Positions 19,602 through 28,422 of a stretch of 64,000 bases of DNA are shown here, piece after piece (the first letter of the stretch is position 1; every line of letters begins with the position of its first letter). Both the position numbers and the translations under genes were made by a program. Origin of the DNA: Clostridiales bacterium. GTDB taxonomy: Bacteria > Bacillota > Clostridia > Lachnospirales > Lachnospiraceae. Location of the stretch: NCBI GenBank assembly GCA_018366495.1, contig JAGZHZ010000003.1:32611-96610 (forward strand), in the 5' to 3' direction. Under the pieces are notes generated by a model. It saw only the letters and a list, made by a program, of their open reading frames with translations. It searched no databases and was not told the DNA's origin.

Positions 19602-20513
19602 CTAGTTTTTCAGTTTCGGATCAAGTGCGTCACGCAAACCGTCACCGATCACATTCAGTGCAAGAATTGTCAGCATAATGCCAAGTCCTGGAATAACTGT
19701 GATGTGCCAGGAATCACGGATATACGTTCTTGCATTGGAAAGCATTGCGCCCCATTCCGGTATTGGCGGCTGAATACCAAGTCCTAAGAAAGAAAGTCCG
19801 GCGATGGAAAGGATTGCACCTGCAACACCGAGAGTCGCCTGTACAATAATCGGCGCCATAGAGTTTGGAATAATATATTTAAATATAATACGCAAATCGC
19901 TGGCTCCTACTGCTTTTCCCGCCTCGACAAACTCCTGATCCTTGATCGTCAGAATCGGGGCCCGCACAGTACGCGCAAACGTCGGAATATAAGCAATCGC
20001 AATCGCAATCAAAAGGTTTGTAATACTGGAACCCATCGCCGCAACGATTGCAATCGCAAGCAGCATAGATGGAATAGCAAGCAGAACATCCATAACACGC
20101 ATGATCACATTATCTACGATTCCTCCATAATATCCGGCGATCGCTCCTAAAAATCCTCCTATCAGACAGGAGATTGCGATTGCAATCGTTCCCATGAATA
20201 AAGAATAACGGATTCCCCAGATCATACGGAATAACATATCACGTCCAAATTCATCGAGGCCAAACGGATGCGCCAGGCTTGGCGGCTGTAATCTTCCTCT
20301 TAAGTCCTGTTTAATTACATAAGTATTATAAATTGATTTGTTTGTCGCTAAGTCAATAATAATCGTCGCAACAGCAAGAACTACCAGAATCAGCATAAAA
20401 ATCATACCTGCCATCGCAAGTTTGTTCTTTTTAAATCTTCTCCAGGTTTCTTCCCAGAGAGTTCTCTGATTTCCTGCATCGGCGACCATCTGTTCTGATT
20501 TCAGTTTTTTCAT
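19602..20513 (-). CDS. Oligopeptide/dipeptide ABC permease (OppC/DppC-type)
   Basis: 303-aa BPD_transp_1 permease with N-terminal OppC-type extension. Confidence 0.8.
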   Translation of the reverse strand: MKKLKSEQMVADAGNQRTLWEETWRRFKKNKLAMAGMIFMLILVVLAVATIIIDLATNKSIYNTYVIKQDLRGRLQPPSLAHPFGLDEFGRDMLFRMIWGIRYSLFMGTIAIAISCLIGGFLGAIAGYYGGIVDNVIMRVMDVLLAIPSMLLAIAIVAAMGSSITNLLIAIAIAYIPTFARTVRAPILTIKDQEFVEAGKAVGASDLRIIFKYIIPNSMAPIIVQATLGVAGAILSIAGLSFLGLGIQPPIPEWGAMLSNARTYIRDSWHITVIPGLGIMLTILALNVIGDGLRDALDPKLKN

Positions 20514-20525
20514 AAGTCCCTCCTG

Positions 20526-21470
20526 CTATTTCTTATACTGTGATTTAATACGCGGATCAATAAAGGCATAAATCAAATCCACAATCAAGTTAACCACAGT
20601 AAACATAATTGCTAAAAAGATAACGGAACCGAGTACCATCGGAATATCTTTTGATTTAATTGAATCTACCATCAATCTTCCAAGACCCGGCCACGAAAAT
20701 ACTGTCTCTGTCAGCATCGCTCCGCCGAGCAGTGTTCCGAACTGAAGTCCTACAGCTGTGATAATTGGAATCATTGCGTTTCTGAGCATATGACGATATG
20801 TAATTGTTTTTTCTGATACGCCTTTTGCTCTTGCTGTGCTGATATAATCCTGACGGATTACTTCCAGCATGGAGGAACGTGTCATACGAGTAATCATCGC
20901 AGCAGAACCCGTTCCAAGGGTCAGTGCCGGCAGCACTAAACTTTTCAGGAGATCTATTCCCCCCGCTCCCATACCTTGTGATGGCAGCCATCCCAGATTT
21001 AAGGCAAAAATGATTACCATCAGCAATCCAAACCAGAAGTTCGGCATCGCGACACCAATCAAGGCAAGTACCATAGAACAGTTGTCAATCGCTGTATATT
21101 GCTTTTTCGCTGAGATGATACCGGTTGGAATACCGATCACCAAGGCGACTAAAATACCGGCGACAGCTAGAATCGCTGTGTTAGGGAAACGTTCAATTAC
21201 CTGATCCCATACGCTTAAATTATTTTTGTAGGATACTCCTAAATCCCCATGGAGCATATCCCAGATATAATTTCCATATCTGACCAGTAAAGGATCATTC
21301 AGCCCCAATTCTTCTCTTTTCATTTCTAATGCTTCTGCTGATGCCTGATCCCCCAGAATCATAGCTGCCGGATCCCCCGGTGATAGATTCAGGATAAAAA
21401 ATACGATGAAGGTTACACCAAGCAATACCGGGATCAGCATCAAAATTCTTTTCAACACATACTTATACAT
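20526..21470 (-). CDS. Oligopeptide/dipeptide ABC permease (OppB/DppB-type)
   Basis: 314-aa permease, 6 TM. First gene of the operon. Confidence 0.8.
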   Translation of the reverse strand: MYKYVLKRILMLIPVLLGVTFIVFFILNLSPGDPAAMILGDQASAEALEMKREELGLNDPLLVRYGNYIWDMLHGDLGVSYKNNLSVWDQVIERFPNTAILAVAGILVALVIGIPTGIISAKKQYTAIDNCSMVLALIGVAMPNFWFGLLMVIIFALNLGWLPSQGMGAGGIDLLKSLVLPALTLGTGSAAMITRMTRSSMLEVIRQDYISTARAKGVSEKTITYRHMLRNAMIPIITAVGLQFGTLLGGAMLTETVFSWPGLGRLMVDSIKSKDIPMVLGSVIFLAIMFTVVNLIVDLIYAFIDPRIKSQYKK

Positions 21471-21591
21471 TTTGTCCTCTCCTTACCTGTTTTTTGATTT
21501 TCTCGCTTTCTCTTTAAAAATTACCTCCAATTTCAAAGCTGTATTGCTTTAATTGATTATAACTTGAATTCTTTCTACAGTCAACTTTTTT

Positions 21592-21620
21592 TTGATATTG
21601 TTAACAATTTCTTGTATTAT
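21592..21620 (+). promoter_or_regulatory. Sigma-A-type promoter candidate (TTGATA-17-TATTAT with TG extension)
   Basis: Hexamers at 21592..21597 and 21615..21620, about 75 nt upstream of the 21695 start codon. Confidence 0.45.
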
Positions 21621-21694
21621 GTCTATCTTTGTGATATAATTTTTTTTAAATTCAAGGGTATTTTTTAGTAATTTTTATCAAGGAGGTTTTTAAA

Positions 21695-22765
21695 ATGAAA
21701 AAAATTGGCGGTTATTTTCCATATGAGGCACTTTTGCCTGAAAAAAATAATTTTCTGGAAGGTCTCTGTCCGGACACTGGCGATCTGCGCTATCTCATGT
21801 CAGGAAGATGTGCGATTTATTATGCATTAGAAGATTATAAAAATACAGATATGCGTCGAATTGCATATGTTCCAATCTACACATGCGAGACCGTTCTTGC
21901 ACCATTTCACAAAGCAGGATACACTCTTCTCTTCTATGATTTTGACAGGAATATGAATCCCGTCTTTGATCCTGCTGTTTTGGATCAGATTTCTGTCATC
22001 TCTATCTGCGGCTATTACGGCTTTTCTTCCTATAACCGCGAATTTGTGGCTGAATGTTCCAGGCGAGGCATCGGTATCATCGAGGATACGACTCATTCAA
22101 TTTTTTCTTCTGACGGAATTGACCCGCACTGCGATTATATTGTGGGCAGTCTTCGAAAATGGATCGGAGTCGCTGCAGGTGGATTTGCAATCAAGACAAA
22201 AGGCCAGTTTTTATCAAATCCAAAGGAACCGGACAAGCAGCACCTTTCCATCCGTAAACAGTGTCTCGATTTAAAGAACCATCTTGATGAGCTTTCCTGT
22301 GAAGAGCGTGAAGATCTGTTAAAAAAAGGGGATGATCTGTTTTGGGATGCTGAAATGATGCTCCGTCAAATCTTTGATTCTTTTGGAAGCGATCCGGAGT
22401 CTATCCACATCATGCAGCACTATCCCGTCAGACAGTTGATGGAAAAACGCCGTACTAATTACCAATATCTGCTCGATCATGTAAAAAAATCTGATAAATT
22501 TCGGATTGTTTTCCCGACTCTTCCATCCGGAACCGTTCCAAGTCATTTTACTTTATTTGCAAAAGATCGGGAATCTCTGCGCGCAGCGCTTGCCGCACAT
22601 GAAATTGGAAGTACCATCTATTGGCCTGTCGGTCCTCTTGTAGATCTGAAGGGTCATCCAAATGCCCAATATATTTATGACCATGTGATTTCTATTCCAT
22701 GCGATCAGAGATATGATGAAATTCAGATGCAGGAAGTCTGCGATGTATTAAACAGTCTCTCCTGA
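21695..22765 (+). CDS. PLP-dependent aminotransferase-like protein, DegT/DnrJ/EryC1/StrS family fold
   Basis: 356 aa. The YVPIYTCETVLAPF...GIIEDTTHS...GSLRKWIGVAAGG pattern resembles the DegT family PLP-lysine region. AGGAGG RBS 8 nt upstream. Confidence 0.45.
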   Translation: MKKIGGYFPYEALLPEKNNFLEGLCPDTGDLRYLMSGRCAIYYALEDYKNTDMRRIAYVPIYTCETVLAPFHKAGYTLLFYDFDRNMNPVFDPAVLDQISVISICGYYGFSSYNREFVAECSRRGIGIIEDTTHSIFSSDGIDPHCDYIVGSLRKWIGVAAGGFAIKTKGQFLSNPKEPDKQHLSIRKQCLDLKNHLDELSCEEREDLLKKGDDLFWDAEMMLRQIFDSFGSDPESIHIMQHYPVRQLMEKRRTNYQYLLDHVKKSDKFRIVFPTLPSGTVPSHFTLFAKDRESLRAALAAHEIGSTIYWPVGPLVDLKGHPNAQYIYDHVISIPCDQRYDEIQMQEVCDVLNSLS

Positions 22766-22806
22766 CATTTTCATTCTCGGTTTGATTGCATTTTCATACA
22801 AAAAAA

Positions 22807-22843
22807 GGTCTGTATGCGATAAAAGTCTTATCGCATACAGACC
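22807..22843. terminator. Bidirectional intrinsic terminator between convergent genes
   Basis: 16-bp perfect stem GGTCTGTATGCGATAA/TTATCGCATACAGACC, flanked by an A-run and a T-run. Confidence 0.65.
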
Positions 22844-22846
22844 TTT

Positions 22847-23554
22847 TTATTTATTTTTTTTATCAGCAAAAAGCATCTGCTCTCTCTGTTTTTCACAGCG
22901 CCAGATCCGTTCACCCGTGTTCACATAATGATAGTCAATCGCTTTCATGGATTCCTCTAAATCTCCTTTTGACAAGATCTGTAAGATATCCAAATGGTAT
23001 TCCCATACCCATTGTCTTCGCAGCACTTCTTTCCGATACTCATAGCTCTGTTCCACTTTCAAAAACATTGCACTGTTCAATGGACTCATCGTTTTCCATA
23101 GATGGAGCAGCCGCTTCATCTTGCCCGATTTTAAAATTTCCTCGTGAAAACGCTCATCACATTCCACAAGAACCTCAAATGGCTTGTTTTCTTCCTGCGC
23201 CTCTCTCATTTCATCGATTATATTTTTCATTGTAAAAATACTGCTATCCAACAATTTTCCGCCGCACTTTTTGAGCGCCTCTTTTTCCAGCATCCCTCTT
23301 AGATAAAAAATCTCATACGCATCTTCCCCTGACAAACGTGTCACTATACAGCTTTTGTTCGGCTCTGCCGTCACAAGCCCCTCATATTCCAGCATTAAAA
23401 GTGCATCTCTGACAGGCCCTCTGCTCATACCTAATTTCTTGGCAATCTCCGCCTCTATCAAACGTTCTCCTGGTTTTAGTGTCCCATTAAAAATTTTTCC
23501 TCTCAAGAACGAAGCGACTTCTTCCGGACGATTTCTTTTTTCTGATTGTTTCAT
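22847..23554 (-). CDS. GntR-family transcriptional regulator (HTH + FCD-type C-terminal domain)
   Basis: N-terminal GntR HTH (ERLIEAEIAKKLGMSRGPVRDAL). 235 aa. Confidence 0.75.
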   Translation of the reverse strand: MKQSEKRNRPEEVASFLRGKIFNGTLKPGERLIEAEIAKKLGMSRGPVRDALLMLEYEGLVTAEPNKSCIVTRLSGEDAYEIFYLRGMLEKEALKKCGGKLLDSSIFTMKNIIDEMREAQEENKPFEVLVECDERFHEEILKSGKMKRLLHLWKTMSPLNSAMFLKVEQSYEYRKEVLRRQWVWEYHLDILQILSKGDLEESMKAIDYHYVNTGERIWRCEKQREQMLFADKKNK

Positions 23555-23692
23555 AAAAATCTCACTTTCATATTTTTTTCTTTTTATCTATCCTGAAAAT
23601 CTAATCTATTGATATCTTATTTTTCTGTATAGTTAGAAAAAGTTTGAAATTTATTCTGTCGGCAAAAGCCTGTCATTTTAGCAAGAAAAAAA

Positions 23693-23719
23693 CCAGGTAA
23701 TCGCATCAGCAACACCTGG
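23693..23719 (-). terminator. Intrinsic terminator downstream of tRNA-Gly
   Basis: CCAGGT...ACCTGG hairpin followed by a T7 run on the minus strand. Confidence 0.6.
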
Positions 23720-23725
23720 AAGATA

Positions 23726-23797
23726 AGCACGAGACGGGATTCGAACCCGCGACCCTCGCCTTGGCAAGGCGATACTCCACCACTGAGCCACTCGTGC
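23726..23797 (-). tRNA. tRNA-Gly (anticodon GCC)
   Basis: Cloverleaf: acceptor GCACGAG/CTCGTGC, anticodon loop TTGCCAA, T-loop TTCGAAT, discriminator U. Confidence 0.85.
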
Positions 23798-23832
23798 AAA
23801 CTATTGTATTTCAATTTCTCTTAACAATAGTT

Positions 23833-23861
23833 ACTATACTATACTTTTTCTTTTTTGTCAA
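23833..23861 (-). promoter_or_regulatory. Consensus sigma-A promoter for tRNA-Gly (TTGACA-17-TATAGT)
   Basis: -35 at complement 23856..23861 and -10 at complement 23833..23838, about 35 nt upstream of the tRNA 5' end. Confidence 0.6.
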
Positions 23862-23898
23862 CGACTATTTTCCAAATTGTTGAAAAATTTTATTCATT

Positions 23899-24663
23899 TC
23901 ATTGTTTTACCAAAATACTGATGATATATTGATTGTTTGGGATCGTCTTATGAGTAATATTATTTAATTTAATCAGATCCAAGTCTACCCATATCTCCTC
24001 TGCAGTGATACTGATATTAGCAAGCATTACTCCAAAATTAAATTCATTAAATTTTCCCCAACTCTTTCCTGTAGAGGTTGGTTTTTTAGAGAAAACGTGA
24101 ATACGGTTCTCATATATGACAAATCGCCACGGCTGGCTGTTCAGACTGGACGGCGCCAGACGGGCTGCTTCCAGAATCTCATTGACCCATGCTTTTGGCT
24201 TCTCTTTAAAGACACAAAGTTCATCCATACTCAAACGATTTGCCTCATAGTCATGGCGGACTGCTTCTCCTTTTGGAATTCCAAATGCCATTCCAATCAC
24301 AAAATGCAAGTCTTCTTCTTTTTTCTTCGGTGCTTTTGTCATCCCTAAAAAGCAGCTTCCGATTCCTTTTGATGTCATGTAGAGAGAAATCTGTTCCAAA
24401 ATATATCCGGCATTTAAATCATGCTTCTCTTTTTCTTCCGAGTAGAATGCCAGATAATAAGGAGCATTAGGCGTAAACAAGCCTTTTAATTTCTCTTTCT
24501 CACTGATATTATTTAAGATTTCTATCTTTATTTTGATTTCCGGAAATAGAGGTTCCAGATGGTCGATAAAATTTTTTAATTCCTCGATTGTTTTCTGGCT
24601 TAATTCTTCTGTTTTGTAATGACGAACAGATTTTCTAACGTAAATGGACTCATATAAATTCAT
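23899..24663 (-). CDS. Nitroreductase-family protein
   Basis: SVRHY and SLNSQPWRF motifs. The ORF-track first codon is GTG. The likely ATG is at 24661..24663. Confidence 0.7.
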   Translation of the reverse strand: MNLYESIYVRKSVRHYKTEELSQKTIEELKNFIDHLEPLFPEIKIKIEILNNISEKEKLKGLFTPNAPYYLAFYSEEKEKHDLNAGYILEQISLYMTSKGIGSCFLGMTKAPKKKEEDLHFVIGMAFGIPKGEAVRHDYEANRLSMDELCVFKEKPKAWVNEILEAARLAPSSLNSQPWRFVIYENRIHVFSKKPTSTGKSWGKFNEFNFGVMLANISITAEEIWVDLDLIKLNNITHKTIPNNQYIISILVKQ

Positions 24664-24770
24664 TTTGATCACCTTTTAATTACTTCGTAACATAATTGTA
24701 ACATGTAAACAGCAAAATTTCCAGTAAAAAACAATTTTTTTCTATTCTATTTTTTCACTTGTGAACTCCC

Positions 24771-24799
24771 CATAAGCTAAAGCAAATGGAATTTTCGCG
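24771..24799. repeat. Copy C of ~30-nt structured repeat (IS200/IS605 end-like hairpin motif)
   Basis: GTGAACTCCCCATAAGCTAAAGCAAATGG. Same orientation as copies A and B. Stem CCAT/ATGG with covarying inner pair. Confidence 0.5.
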
Positions 24800-24834
24800 A
24801 AGTAACTTTAAATTTGCGCCTCTTTTCCTCTTAT

Positions 24835-25665
24835 TTATAAAGCCAGAAGTTCTAGAACAATTCCTGCCGCCACACCGACAGTATACAAAATTCCCACTAT
24901 TTTCAAACATTCTTTTTTATCCGTATTCAGTCTGAATAAAATTGCCAGTCCTATTCCTGCTCCCACTAAAACACCGGACATCATTGCTCCAAAGCTGATC
25001 ATTCCCTCCAGATAAAGCTGTGTGATCACGACAGAAGAAGCACAGTTTGGAATCAGTCCTACAAGGCCTGCCAGAAGTTCTCCCACAACAGGACGGTTCA
25101 TTAATAACTGAGAAATCTGCTCCTCTCCGATCATACTGATTACCCCATTTAATACCAAGGAAATCAAAAAGATGAATACGACAATCTGAATTGTATGATT
25201 GACGGCGCTTAGGAAAATTCCATGTTCACAGCAATGTGTCTTTTCCTCCTGTATCCTGCTCTTTTCTCCAGCTTGTCTCTTCACAAGCAGATCCACTGCC
25301 ATGCCCGCTGCAATTCCAATAATCATTTTCAGCATCAAAACTTTCACGATAAAAGAAACGGGAGCTTTTTCTGAAATCATCACCGGAATCATTTCATCCG
25401 AAGTCGACAAATAAATTGCAATCAGCGTTCCCATTGTGATCACTCTTCCTGAATACAGTCCGGAAGCGGCAGCCGAAAATCCGCACTGTGGGAAGACTCC
25501 TAAAATTCCTCCAACAACAGGCCCCATTCTTCCGGCACGTCCGATCATCTGTTTTGCTTTTTCGCCTGTTTTGTGTTCCAAATATTCCATCAGTAAATAC
25601 GTCAAAAATAAAAACGGAATCAATTTTAATGTATCTACCGCCGTATCCAGCAGTATTTCCAACAT
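24835..25665 (-). CDS. Polytopic membrane protein with internal two-fold repeat, putative permease/metal exporter-like
   Basis: 276 aa, about 8-10 TM. Repeated motifs GVFPQCGFSAAASGLY and GLIPNCASSVVITQLY. GGAGGT RBS. Family assignment (10TM heavy-metal exporter-like) is from memory only. Confidence 0.4.
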   Translation of the reverse strand: MLEILLDTAVDTLKLIPFLFLTYLLMEYLEHKTGEKAKQMIGRAGRMGPVVGGILGVFPQCGFSAAASGLYSGRVITMGTLIAIYLSTSDEMIPVMISEKAPVSFIVKVLMLKMIIGIAAGMAVDLLVKRQAGEKSRIQEEKTHCCEHGIFLSAVNHTIQIVVFIFLISLVLNGVISMIGEEQISQLLMNRPVVGELLAGLVGLIPNCASSVVITQLYLEGMISFGAMMSGVLVGAGIGLAILFRLNTDKKECLKIVGILYTVGVAAGIVLELLAL

Positions 25666-25714
25666 ATTATTACCTCCATCTTCTTTTTCAGTCTTTCTGT
25701 TTTTTTCTTATAAG

Positions 25715-25744
25715 GTGAACTACCCATCACCTAAAGGTAATGGG
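25715..25744. repeat. Copy A of ~30-nt structured repeat; putative right-end hairpin of the IS200/IS605 remnant
   Basis: GTGAACTACCCATCACCTAAAGGTAATGGG. Nested hairpin CCCAT-ACC-TTTA-GGT-ATGGG. Lies 80 nt downstream (minus sense) of the truncated TnpB frame. Confidence 0.5.
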
Positions 25745-25825
25745 CTTCTAAAAGGTGCTTACGCACCTCTATTTAAGAAGTTTGATATTTCAGTTTCCAC
25801 CTGAATACTCAGGCAATCCTTATTC

Positions 25826-26197
25826 TTATAGGTGTGTCCACTTCGCCTCTAGCATATATAAATTGATAATCTTGCGAGCTGTCTTATTCGTATAGTCATT
25901 GACTTTGTTGCTGCGGTCTCTTGCAATTGCTTTTTGCCGATTGGCAGCTTTCTTTCCCATATGCTGTTTATCCTTTATGGATTGTAAACGTGCATTTTCT
26001 TTATTAAATCACTGATTTATGGATTTAAGCTTACGTCCGTCAATAATGAATGATTTGCCATCGCTTAACACTGCTGTTACAAAATTATTTATCCCCAAAT
26101 CAAGTGCAAGTGCATTGTTTGTGTTTAGATTTCTCTGAATGTTTTCCGCTTCATAGATATACTGAATTTCAAAGAACCTTGCTTTTTGGAACGATAT
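25826..26197 (-). pseudogene. tnpB: IS200/IS605-family TnpB (OrfB) remnant, internally stopped and C-terminally truncated
   Basis: Minus-strand translation ...RFFEIQYIYEAENIQRNLNTNNALALDLGINNFVTAVLSDGKSFIIDGRKLKSINQ*FNKENARLQSIKDKQHMGKKAANRQKAIARDRSNKVNDYTNKTARKIINL... matches the central TnpB region (GIDLG...DG, the lysine/arginine-rich RNA-binding stretch). In-frame TGA at complement 26009..26011. N-terminal and RuvC/Zn-finger parts are absent. Confidence 0.6.
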
Positions 26198-26223
26198 TTA
26201 TAAATACGCTGGCGTTCCCTGTA

Positions 26224-28110
26224 TCATTCCTGATATTTTTGAAACTCTTCATCATTGATTGCTGCCTCAAAATCTTTTTCTGAAACTTTCCATTCTTTTT
26301 TTGTGCTAAACTGCTGTCTCGTCAGAGCATTGTTCCACACTCTCTCATACAAATTCCGAACCATACGGACATTTCCAAATTTCTTATCTCTGTAAACCTT
26401 ATCTGGTATCTTTCCAAAAAATGCCTTTGCTTTTGCCTCAAATCGTTTCCCATATTCAAAGTCCTTCTGTACCATCTTCATAAAAATGGAAAACAGCTCT
26501 TCTCTTGAATAATTCGGGAAATGAACTGTATGAGGGATTCGATCTCGTAACCCCGGATTCGCCTCCAGCATATTTTCGATCTCCTCCGAATATCCTGCAA
26601 AAATCACAATCAGATTATCTCTGTGATTTTCCATCTCTGTCATCAGAGTCAATAATGCTTCTTTTCCGTAATCGTTTTTTTCTCCGTCTCCCTGATACAG
26701 CGCATACGCCTCATCAATGAATAAGACAGAGCCATATGCGTCACGGCAGACTGCCATTGTCTTTGGCGCAGTCTCGCCGACATAACGTCCGCATAGTTCC
26801 CGACCCGAAATCTCAATAAAACTTCCTTTTTTCAAAATTCCTTTCTCATAGAAAATCTTTCCTACAATCCGCGCAATACTCGTCTTTCCCGTTCCCGGAT
26901 TTCCTAAAAATTTCATATGCATACAAGGATATTCCAGTTCTTTTCCGTGTTCTTTACAGTATTTCCAGTTTTCAGCCAGCGCAATAATCTCACGGACTTT
27001 TTTCTTGACTTCTTCCAGCCCTTCCAGCTCATCCAGCATTTCTTCACCTTTTTTTTCAAACTGTCCTGCCTGCTCCGGCAGAATCTCTGCAATGTCTGTG
27101 GCATGAATGAGTTTACTGTCTTTGCCTCTCAAAAAGCAATTCTTCGCTTTTGTATAAATTACTTCATTTACGATCTTCTGAATCGTATTAAATCCGTAAA
27201 AATAGCCGTCTTTCTTTTCTTCATTGATCTTTTCATCAATTACTGTCCAGGTGTCGTCCGCCATCTCAAATCCATACAGGCAGACTTGCTCATCGAGATA
27301 TCTTTTATAGTCTTCCTGAGAAAATGGTACGATTGAAACCTGCCGCACGACCATGAGATCCATCAGTCCTTTTCTGACACGTTCCAAAATATTTCGTTCC
27401 AGAAAAGGGACACGGAACACAAAAATATAGTCATCCTGCCATTGATTGATCTGGCGGAGCAGTCGTTTAAAGCGCAGTTCTGTCACATGAGTGATCCAGT
27501 CTGAAATATCAATGGATACAATTCCCTTCTTGCTGTTCTTGATTGCATTGACACAAGCTGAAAGAGGAGCAGTATCCAAAATAGAGGTGGGCGCCTCAAT
27601 TTTCAGTTCTGTCACTCCCATCCCTTTTTCAAACAGTCCCAGCGCTTCCAGAAGACGCCACAGCAATTTTAAATAAGTGCTCAGACCGCACCCATCGTTG
27701 ACGGCAAATAAATAATTCTGGGCAAAATAGATTTTCATCAATTTCATTTTTTTAATGCGGTCTGCAATACCGACAAGTTCTTTTGTCAGTTCTTTAAATT
27801 CTGCTGCACCGCTGAGCGATTCAATTTCCTGCTGGATCTCACTTAGAGGTTCATATTTTGCAATGGAAATATGAATTTCATCTTTCTGAGGACTCATTTC
27901 AGCAATACTTTCCTCTAATGTCTGCAGGATTTCCTTTCCTTTTTCCTCTGTCTCCAGCAGAATCTTACAACATTTCTGATCAATCTCCAGCTTTTGAATT
28001 TCTCCAAATTCGTCTAGTTTTTCTTTGATTTCTGCATGTGGAAGAATCCCTTCTTTTTTCGCACGTTCCAGAAATTTTTTGCGAAATGAAACCTCTATTC
28101 TAATTAACAT
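26224..28110 (-). CDS. AAA+ ATPase, SpoVK/CbbX family, tandem architecture with degenerate N-terminal AAA module
   Basis: C-terminal module has Walker A GNPGTGKT, Walker B VLFIDEAY and the CbbX/SpoVK-type ENHRDNLIVIFAGY region. The N-terminal ~330 aa repeats the fold with a degenerate P-loop (NDGCGLST). Confidence 0.7.
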   Translation of the reverse strand: MLIRIEVSFRKKFLERAKKEGILPHAEIKEKLDEFGEIQKLEIDQKCCKILLETEEKGKEILQTLEESIAEMSPQKDEIHISIAKYEPLSEIQQEIESLSGAAEFKELTKELVGIADRIKKMKLMKIYFAQNYLFAVNDGCGLSTYLKLLWRLLEALGLFEKGMGVTELKIEAPTSILDTAPLSACVNAIKNSKKGIVSIDISDWITHVTELRFKRLLRQINQWQDDYIFVFRVPFLERNILERVRKGLMDLMVVRQVSIVPFSQEDYKRYLDEQVCLYGFEMADDTWTVIDEKINEEKKDGYFYGFNTIQKIVNEVIYTKAKNCFLRGKDSKLIHATDIAEILPEQAGQFEKKGEEMLDELEGLEEVKKKVREIIALAENWKYCKEHGKELEYPCMHMKFLGNPGTGKTSIARIVGKIFYEKGILKKGSFIEISGRELCGRYVGETAPKTMAVCRDAYGSVLFIDEAYALYQGDGEKNDYGKEALLTLMTEMENHRDNLIVIFAGYSEEIENMLEANPGLRDRIPHTVHFPNYSREELFSIFMKMVQKDFEYGKRFEAKAKAFFGKIPDKVYRDKKFGNVRMVRNLYERVWNNALTRQQFSTKKEWKVSEKDFEAAINDEEFQKYQE

Positions 28111-28137
28111 GACTTTTTTTCTTTCTCCCCTGTTAAA

Positions 28138-28422
28138 TCATCTGTATGTTACCTGATCCCAAAGTGCCTTTTTTTCTTTATATTTTTCATTCAGCCAGGA
28201 AACGGCCTCTTCTATTCCCTGCGCAGAAAATGGAAACTGTTCTGTTTCCATTTCCTCCTCCGTCTGGTCATACGATTTTGGTCCTTTCCAGATCTGAGCT
28301 TGGATTTGATCTTTCTGTTCCGCATTGATTTTGCTCAGACGGTAACGCATTCCGCAATAGCTGCCTTTAAAGTCGGACTTTTTTAAAAAAGGAATCGAAA
28401 TCCATCCTTTTAAACTAATCAT
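28138..28422 (-). CDS. Hypothetical 94-aa cytoplasmic protein, translationally coupled to upstream hydrolase gene
   Basis: ATGATTAG overlap with the hydrolase stop. Ends 27 nt before the AAA ATPase start. No recognisable domain. Confidence 0.4.
   Translation of the reverse strand: MISLKGWISIPFLKKSDFKGSYCGMRYRLSKINAEQKDQIQAQIWKGPKSYDQTEEEMETEQFPFSAQGIEEAVSWLNEKYKEKKALWDQVTYR

Noticed and set aside
23617-23814. 65-aa minus-strand ORF
   Set aside because: It entirely overlaps tRNA-Gly(GCC), its promoter and its terminator.
25436-25804. 122-aa plus-strand ORF spanning the permease start and repeat copy A
   Set aside because: It overlaps the permease N-terminus antisense and the IS-end hairpin, and has no RBS.
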